A stretch of 62,332 nucleotides of DNA from positions 1 to 62,332 of the forward strand of contig JACXWG010000001.1 in assembly GCA_014764605.1 (NCBI GenBank), written 5' to 3'. This stretch comes from Quinella sp. 1Q5 (lineage in GTDB: Bacteria; Bacillota; Negativicutes; Selenomonadales; Selenomonadaceae). Below the pieces are notes generated by a model, which ran no database searches, had not been told where the DNA came from, and saw only the letters and a program-made list of their open reading frames with translations. Made by a program: the position numbers and the translations under genes. Below are positions 56,949-62,332 of the stretch, piece by piece. How positions within the stretch are numbered: position 1 is the stretch's first letter; each line of letters begins with the position of its first letter.

Positions 56949-57329
56949 CTAATTCCTAAGCTGTGGATGAGGTATGTATTCATCCCAAATTTTAGAAGCT
57001 ACAACATTACTGTAAACATTATCACTAAATTCTATCGGTGAGCCAAATTTACCGTTTCTATAATCGTGCGAATATCCGCCTTGGTAATGATAAACTTTAT
57101 AGGGAACCTGATTCCATACTTCAAATATATAAAGCAAATCTGTTACGTTATTCCCTTTGATTTTTACAACTTTAGCCGAAGCCCAAGTTCTGCCATCTCT
57201 TGCCGCTTCTCTCAAATAGTATTCATAACCGTTTCTGTCTGTGTAAATCCACTGGTCTGCCGCTTCTGCAAAAGTTGTCGCACTTATAATCCCCATGCAA
57301 ACAATCATCATCAAAATAAATTTTTTCAT
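56949..57329 (-). CDS. Small secreted protein of unknown function (126 aa)
   Basis: Signal peptide MKKFILMMIVCMGIISATTFAEA. AT-rich relative to its neighbours. Confidence 0.6.
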   Translation of the reverse strand: MKKFILMMIVCMGIISATTFAEAADQWIYTDRNGYEYYLREAARDGRTWASAKVVKIKGNNVTDLLYIFEVWNQVPYKVYHYQGGYSHDYRNGKFGSPIEFSDNVYSNVVASKIWDEYIPHPQLRN

Positions 57330-57333
57330 GCCT

Positions 57334-58698
57334 CTATCCTCTGATAATGGAAAGCAGTTCGTCGCGTTTAGTCTCCATTAGTGCTTTGTCGCCGCGGGAT
57401 TCGACATTCAGGCGGATATAAGGTTCGGTCTGGGAGCCGCGCAGATTGAATCGCCAATCGTCAAAGTCAATGCTAAGCCCGTCAATATGATAGACCTTGC
57501 CGCCCGCGCCGTAACGTTCTTCAATCCGCGACATAATCTCTTTGACCTTGTTGACGCCTGAAACTTTAGTGTTAATCTCGCCGCTGACGGGATACTTAGC
57601 AATTCTGTCCGCCATGAGCACTGACAACGGTTTATCGGCTTTGCTTAGGAGTTCCAAGACGAGGAGCCAAGGAATCATGCCGCTATCGCAATAATAAAAG
57701 TCGCGGAAGTAGTGATGAGCCGACATCTCGCCGCCATAAATCGCATTTTCCGCACGCATCATTTCCTTTATATAAACGTGCCCTGAACGGCTCATGACGG
57801 GCTTGCCGCCGAGCCTCTCGACAATGTCAATCGTATTCCAAATGTCGCGGGGGTCGTAGATAATCTTTTCGCCGCTGTTCTTAGCAAGGAAAGCCTCAGC
57901 AAGGAAACCAACCATGTAATAACCTTCGATAAAGCCGCCTGTCTCGTCAAATAAAAAACACCGGTCAAAATCGCCGTCAAACGCAACGCCGCAATCCGCG
58001 CCACTCTCGACGATAGCTTTTGAAGTCTCTTCGCGGGCGTCTTGGAGCAGGGGATTGGGTACGCCGTTCGGGAAGTAGCCGTTAGGGTTGTTATGAACTT
58101 TGACAATCTCGAAGGGCAGGAACTTTTCCAACTCATTGATAATCGGACCTGCCGAGCCGTTGCCAGTGTTTATGACGACCTTAAGAGGCTTGAGGTTTTT
58201 AACGTCGACATATGACAGGAGACACTTAACGTAATCGGGCAAGATGTCAATCCTGCGAACGGTGCCCGTTGCCTTCCTGAATGACCAATCGCGGCTCTCG
58301 TCCTCAACCGCCGCTTTGACGGCAAGCAAACCTGTCTTCGGGGAAATGGGGCGCACGCCCTTACCAACGAATTTCATGCCGTTATATTCTTTGGGATTGT
58401 GAGACGCGGTAATCATAATGCCGCCGTCGAAGTCGTGAAAGCCCGTAGCGAAGTAAATCATTTCCGTGCCGCATTGCCCGATGTCGTAAACGTCGCAGCC
58501 CGCCTCCGTCAAGCCACGAGCCAACGCATCAAAGAGCGTTGAGCCCGAAAGGCGAATGTCATGACCGACGACAACTTTCTTTGCGTCGAGGATTTCCGGA
58601 AAGACCCTGCCGACACGATAGGCGAGTTCCTGATTTATGCTTTCAGGATAAACTCCGCGAATATCATATGCGCCGAAGCCTGAAGTATTTACCGCCAT
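57334..58698 (-). CDS. Phosphomannomutase/phosphoglucomutase
   Basis: ITASHNPKEYNGMKF active-site serine loop, FDGDFDR Mg site, GGEMSAHH. Confidence 0.92.
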   Translation of the reverse strand: MAVNTSGFGAYDIRGVYPESINQELAYRVGRVFPEILDAKKVVVGHDIRLSGSTLFDALARGLTEAGCDVYDIGQCGTEMIYFATGFHDFDGGIMITASHNPKEYNGMKFVGKGVRPISPKTGLLAVKAAVEDESRDWSFRKATGTVRRIDILPDYVKCLLSYVDVKNLKPLKVVINTGNGSAGPIINELEKFLPFEIVKVHNNPNGYFPNGVPNPLLQDAREETSKAIVESGADCGVAFDGDFDRCFLFDETGGFIEGYYMVGFLAEAFLAKNSGEKIIYDPRDIWNTIDIVERLGGKPVMSRSGHVYIKEMMRAENAIYGGEMSAHHYFRDFYYCDSGMIPWLLVLELLSKADKPLSVLMADRIAKYPVSGEINTKVSGVNKVKEIMSRIEERYGAGGKVYHIDGLSIDFDDWRFNLRGSQTEPYIRLNVESRGDKALMETKRDELLSIIRG

Positions 58699-58784
58699 AA
58701 CTCTATACGCTCCTTTGAATCACGTTTTGAAGTTGGTATTCTATTCGCGTGATTTTTTTCCTGTTGAATCGGCAGAAATTTTTT

Positions 58785-58820
58785 GTAAAAAAAATCCCGC
58801 CACGTTGACGGGATTAAAAA
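58785..58820 (-). terminator. Intrinsic terminator after the RTX gene
   Basis: AATCCCG/CGGGATT stem followed by a T7 run on the minus strand. Confidence 0.65.
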
Positions 58821-58834
58821 GTTTTCGAGCGGAT

Positions 58835-60796
58835 TTATCCTTTCTTAACAAACTTATGGGAGCTATTTAACTCGTAAGTATCTTTGTTGATGTGGAAGGT
58901 GGTTGCGGTGTAGTCTTTGAACACCACGGAGCCGTTATCAATCTTAAGAGTGATTGCGCCAGTTTTGGAGCTATAAGAAGAAGTAAAGGTTGTGATATTG
59001 TCGAGGATAAGGGTATCGCCATTTTCAAAACCGAAGATAGAATCTCTGCCGTCGCTGAGCTGATAGATAAACTTATCGTTGCCTGCGCCGCCATAAAGTG
59101 AATCGTTACCGTCGCCTCCCCAAAGGCTATCGTTGCCCGCGCCGCCGTTTAAGCTGTCGTTACCTGCGCCGCCATAAAGTTTATCGTCGCCATTGCCACC
59201 GTCGAGAGTATCTTTACCTTCGCCGCCTGAGAGGGAATCATTATAAGTACCGCCATTTAGTGAATCGTTGCCAGAGCCGCCGGAAAGGGTATCATTGGAA
59301 ACACCGCCAAGGAGAACGTCATTACCGTCGCCGCCGAAGAGTTTATCTTTGCCCGAACCGCCGCTGATATAATCGTTGCCGTCGCCGCCGAGCAAACTGT
59401 CTCTACCTTCGCCGCCAATGATATAGTCGTCGCCTTCTCCGCCCGAAATGGTATCGTAATCGTTGCCGCCAATAAGTGAATCATTGCCCTCGCCGGCGAC
59501 GATTTTATCTTTACCTGCGCCGCCGTTTATCGAAACGTTCAAGCCGTAGCTACGAATGGAATCATCACCAGAGCCGCCTGAGATTGTCACATCGTCGCCG
59601 TTGTTGCGGATTGTATCCTTGCCTGAGTTACCGATGACTCTAGCGCGGTCGCCGTTGTTGCGAATGACATCATTGCCTGTGCCGCCGTCGATTGTCACGC
59701 CGTCGCCGTAGTTATAAATCAAGTCGTTGTCTTTATCGCCTTTAATCGAGGATTCGTCGCCATAGTTTTTAATGGTATCATCGCCCGTGCCTGCGCTGAG
59801 TGTGACTTTGCCACCTTCGTTAGTAATTCTGTCTGCCGCTTTTGTGCCAGTGATGTCAATGCCGCTTATGGTGTTAGTGCCAGAGAAGTTATTGAGTCCC
59901 GACTCTTTAATATAAATAGATTCAGAAGACAAGCTAGCCGCGCCCTGCAAAGTAATCGAAGCATCGCCAACACCTAATACAACGTCATTATCGACTGTCT
60001 CGCGACTGGAGACCTTTCCCGTGATGAAAAGCGTATCATTGCCGCCGAAGCCACGGATTGAATCGTTGCCATCGCCGTGAGTATACTGAATCATCACTGA
60101 GTGATCATAACCGCTAAGAATACTTATCGAGTCATTGCCTCTGCCACCGAGGACTGTGACAGAATTGCCGCCCGCGACACGGATAGTATCGTTGTCGTCG
60201 CCGCCGTTTATCGAACCGTTATCATTTCTCAAAGCGGAAATATAATCTCTGCCCTTGCCGCCGTTTATCGTGACGTTAATTGACTTGTTATAATCGCTGT
60301 AGATGTAATCGTTGCCCATATCGCCATCGATAAAAGCATTGTCACTGTTGCCAGTAATAGTTACGGTGTCGTCGCCATAGCCAGCATTGATTGTCACGTC
60401 TCTACCGTTGTTGATTATGGAGTCTTGCCCCTCGCCGCCTAAGATAGAATTTTCATTGCCATAGGAATTAATAGTATCTTGGTCGTCGCCGCCATTTATC
60501 ATCGAGTTGCGTCCATACATTCGGATATAATCATTGCCCGTGCCGCCGTTCACTTGAACGCCCACGTGGTAATAGTAATAATCGTAACCAGATCTTCCAG
60601 AATAAATGTAATCGTTGCCCGCGTCGCCATTTAATGTAACGTCGCCGCCGCCCGGATAGAATGTATTGCCTCCAGTAACTGTGCTATCTGCCGAATTTGC
60701 CAATGTGTCGTTGCCCTCAAGCCCGTTGACTTGTGAGCCAGAAACCGTGTTGACTAAGAGGTCGTTACCTTTTGTACCGTTAAGAACTTCCGCCAT
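58835..60796 (-). CDS. RTX-type calcium-binding repeat protein (653 aa)
   Basis: Dozens of GGxGxDxL/I nonapeptide repeats (GGAGNDSLNGGAGNDSLWGGDGNDSLYGG...). No N-terminal signal peptide. Confidence 0.88.
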   Translation of the reverse strand: MAEVLNGTKGNDLLVNTVSGSQVNGLEGNDTLANSADSTVTGGNTFYPGGGDVTLNGDAGNDYIYSGRSGYDYYYYHVGVQVNGGTGNDYIRMYGRNSMINGGDDQDTINSYGNENSILGGEGQDSIINNGRDVTINAGYGDDTVTITGNSDNAFIDGDMGNDYIYSDYNKSINVTINGGKGRDYISALRNDNGSINGGDDNDTIRVAGGNSVTVLGGRGNDSISILSGYDHSVMIQYTHGDGNDSIRGFGGNDTLFITGKVSSRETVDNDVVLGVGDASITLQGAASLSSESIYIKESGLNNFSGTNTISGIDITGTKAADRITNEGGKVTLSAGTGDDTIKNYGDESSIKGDKDNDLIYNYGDGVTIDGGTGNDVIRNNGDRARVIGNSGKDTIRNNGDDVTISGGSGDDSIRSYGLNVSINGGAGKDKIVAGEGNDSLIGGNDYDTISGGEGDDYIIGGEGRDSLLGGDGNDYISGGSGKDKLFGGDGNDVLLGGVSNDTLSGGSGNDSLNGGTYNDSLSGGEGKDTLDGGNGDDKLYGGAGNDSLNGGAGNDSLWGGDGNDSLYGGAGNDKFIYQLSDGRDSIFGFENGDTLILDNITTFTSSYSSKTGAITLKIDNGSVVFKDYTATTFHINKDTYELNSSHKFVKKG

Positions 60797-60844
60797 AATC
60801 CCATCTCCTTTTTAATCTAAACCAAACATCATCGAATGTCGCAA

Positions 60845-60873
60845 ATTATAACATAGCGGGAATTTTTTATCAA
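60845..60873 (-). promoter_or_regulatory. Sigma-70-like promoter of the RTX gene
   Basis: TTGATA, 17 nt, TATAAT with a TG extension (minus strand). Confidence 0.55.
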
Positions 60874-60885
60874 GCCTTCTGCACG

Positions 60886-60916
60886 AGGAAAAGCCCCGGA
60901 AGTCTTTCCGAGGCTT
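60886..60916 (-). terminator. Intrinsic terminator after tRNA-Thr
   Basis: AGCCTCGGAA/TTCCGGGGCT stem followed by TTTT (minus strand). Confidence 0.6.
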
Positions 60917-60927
60917 GGGATTTCTTA

Positions 60928-61003
60928 TGGAGCCGGCTAAGGGACTCGAACCTTCGACCTGCGCATTACGAATGCGCTGCTCTACCAACTGAGCTAAGCC
61001 GGC
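60928..61003 (-). tRNA. tRNA-Thr (anticodon CGU)
   Basis: Sequence: GCCGGCT TA GCTC AGTTGGTA GAGC A GCGCA TTCGTAA TGCGC AGGTC GAAGG TTCGAGT CCCTT AGCCGGC T CCA. Perfect cloverleaf with an encoded CCA. Confidence 0.95.
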
Positions 61004-61026
61004 GTGTGAATCAACCAACGCGCTAA

Positions 61027-61055
61027 CTTATACCACAACGCCCGCTACGTGTCAA
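61027..61055 (-). promoter_or_regulatory. Sigma-70-like promoter of tRNA-Thr
   Basis: TTGACA, 17 nt, TATAAG with a TG extension. Lies about 24 nt upstream of the tRNA 5' end. Confidence 0.55.
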
Positions 61056-61065
61056 GGAAAATATT

Positions 61066-62199
61066 TCAGCCAACAAACTCTTCGGGACGAGCCGTCAAGA
61101 ACCCGTGCCGCCATAACAAAGCTTTGACGATTCTTTTAGCCGCGTGCCCGTCGCCATAAGGGCTTCGAGCATCCGACATCTTGCGATACGCCGCCGCGTC
61201 CGTGAGCAAGATTTTCGCCGCACCGTAGACTTTCTCTTGATTGGTGCCGATTAACTTAACCGTGCCCGCGTCGACCGCCTCTGGACGTTCTGTCGTGTCG
61301 CGTAGAACTAAGACCGGCTTGCCCAATGCGGGAGCTTCCTCTTGCACGCCGCCCGAATCCGTCAATATCAGCGTCGCCCGATTCATTAGGTTAGCGAACG
61401 GCTCATAATCCAAAGGGTCAATCAAGCAAACTCTTTCCAGTCCGCCGAGTTCCTCGTTGACGACTTCGCGAACCTTTGGATTCTTATGGACGGGAAAAAT
61501 TATCTCGACGTCTGTGAACTCTTCGACCAGTGCCCGCAACGCCTTGTAGACTTGACGCAACGGCTCGCCTAAGTTCTCGCGGCGGTGCGTCGTCACGAGG
61601 ATAACCCGCTTGCTTGGGTCGACGTGTTTAAGTTCAAAGTCTGCGCGGACAGTCTGATAAAGAGCGTCAATGACTGTGTTGCCCGTCACAAAAATTTTAT
61701 CGGCGTCGACACCTTCACGCAGGAGATTAGCCTTGGCAGTCGTCGTCGGGGCGAAGTGCAAATCGGCAAGCGAGCCGGTCAAGCGTCGGTTCATTTCCTC
61801 TGGATAGGGTGAGAACTTATTTTGTGTGCGTAAGCCCGCTTCCACGTGTCCGATTTCGGTTTGATGATAGTAAGCCGCCAAAGCCCCTGCAAAAGTCGTA
61901 GTGGTGTCGCCGTGAACTAAGACGACATCGGGCTTAGCCTCCGTCAAGACCTTGTCAAGTCCGAGGAGGGCGCGGCTCGTTATGTCAAAGAGCGTCTGTC
62001 CTTCCGACATGATATTGAGGTCGAAGTCTGGACGAATATTAAAGAGCTTCAAAACCTGGTCGAGCATTTCCCGATGCTGAGCCGTTACTGCCACGCAAGA
62101 TTCTATCTGCGGGCACTTGCAAAGCTCCAAGACCACGGGAGCCATCTTTATTGCCTCTGGGCGCGTGCCGAATATCGACATGACTTTTAACTTTTTCAT
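61066..62199 (-). CDS. wecB: UDP-N-acetylglucosamine 2-epimerase (non-hydrolysing)
   Basis: KVMSIFGTRPEAIKMAPV, HGDTTT, DSGGVQEEAP. ATG lies 5 nt after AGGTGA. Confidence 0.93.
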   Translation of the reverse strand: MKKLKVMSIFGTRPEAIKMAPVVLELCKCPQIESCVAVTAQHREMLDQVLKLFNIRPDFDLNIMSEGQTLFDITSRALLGLDKVLTEAKPDVVLVHGDTTTTFAGALAAYYHQTEIGHVEAGLRTQNKFSPYPEEMNRRLTGSLADLHFAPTTTAKANLLREGVDADKIFVTGNTVIDALYQTVRADFELKHVDPSKRVILVTTHRRENLGEPLRQVYKALRALVEEFTDVEIIFPVHKNPKVREVVNEELGGLERVCLIDPLDYEPFANLMNRATLILTDSGGVQEEAPALGKPVLVLRDTTERPEAVDAGTVKLIGTNQEKVYGAAKILLTDAAAYRKMSDARSPYGDGHAAKRIVKALLWRHGFLTARPEEFVG

Positions 62200-62208
62200 G
62201 ATTGTCAC

Positions 62209-62332
62209 CTAATTGACTGGGCGAGCTATGCCCAATTTCCTTACGCCGTAAATTATTGCCACGACGACGACTAACAGAATCAGCACTGCGATTTGATAAC
62301 TGACCGCCGTCAAGGCTATCGCGCTCAAGCCG
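62209..62332 (-). CDS. 3' end of a membrane protein gene (partial, unknown)
   Basis: The open frame running into the window edge encodes a hydrophobic tail ...AVLILLVVVVAIIYGVRKLGIARPVN* with a TAG at 62209-62211. Confidence 0.4.
   Translation of the reverse strand, partial: GLSAIALTAVSYQIAVLILLVVVVAIIYGVRKLGIARPVN

Noticed and set aside
58835-60796. Highly repetitive DNA that could be mistaken for a CRISPR array or a non-coding tandem repeat.
   Set aside because: The periodicity is 27 nt and in frame, encoding GGxGxDxxx nonapeptides of an RTX protein. There are no unique spacers.

Overview
This 62.3-kb window looks chromosomal, at roughly 50% GC by eye, from a Firmicutes-type genome. The evidence is conserved synteny: divIC, an S1/yabR-like gene, tilS, hpt, ftsH and yajC in one block, and rpsF-ssb-rpsR in another. 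RTX, TadG-like and PilM/N/O-like genes hint at a Negativicutes-like anaerobe, but that is inference only. I call about 62 protein-coding genes, one frameshifted pseudogene, one tRNA-Thr(CGU), and a set of sigma-70-like promoters and hairpin terminators. I found no rRNA, no CRISPR array and no transposase.

Most of the content is housekeeping:
- Translation and core functions: obg, lysC, sufS-sufU, prfA, hemW, glnS, tilS, hpt, ftsH, yajC, mreB, rpsF-ssb-rpsR, ybaK.
- Sugar-nucleotide and carbohydrate metabolism: pgi, pgm, manB-like, wecB, ugd.

Accessory or unusual content is interspersed:
1. The strongest candidate for something new is a roughly 94-codon stand-alone gene downstream of mscS. 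Its NrdD-type glycyl-radical motif (RRITG|YLVG...WNDAKKSEEHDRVKH) is split exactly between Gly and Tyr by a 245-nt, highly structured insertion. That insertion shows group-I-intron hallmarks.
2. Three tandem lipoprotein substrate-binding genes look circularly permuted relative to canonical amino-acid binding proteins. The first copy is inactivated by an 11-nt deletion. The transporter's ATPase carries an extra C-terminal domain.
3. A conserved intergenic hairpin module occurs twice, 23 kb apart.
4. Two tandem paralogous genes of about 445 aa have a GT-B-like fold pattern and unknown function.
5. An operon of unusual composition joins a small protein, an ABC-2 permease and a ZnuC-like ATPase.
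6. Orphan TadG-like, PilM/N-like and PilO-like genes, an RTX repeat protein with no type I secretion genes nearby, and AT-rich insertions are also present.

Functional calls rest on motifs I recognised by eye. No database search was run.
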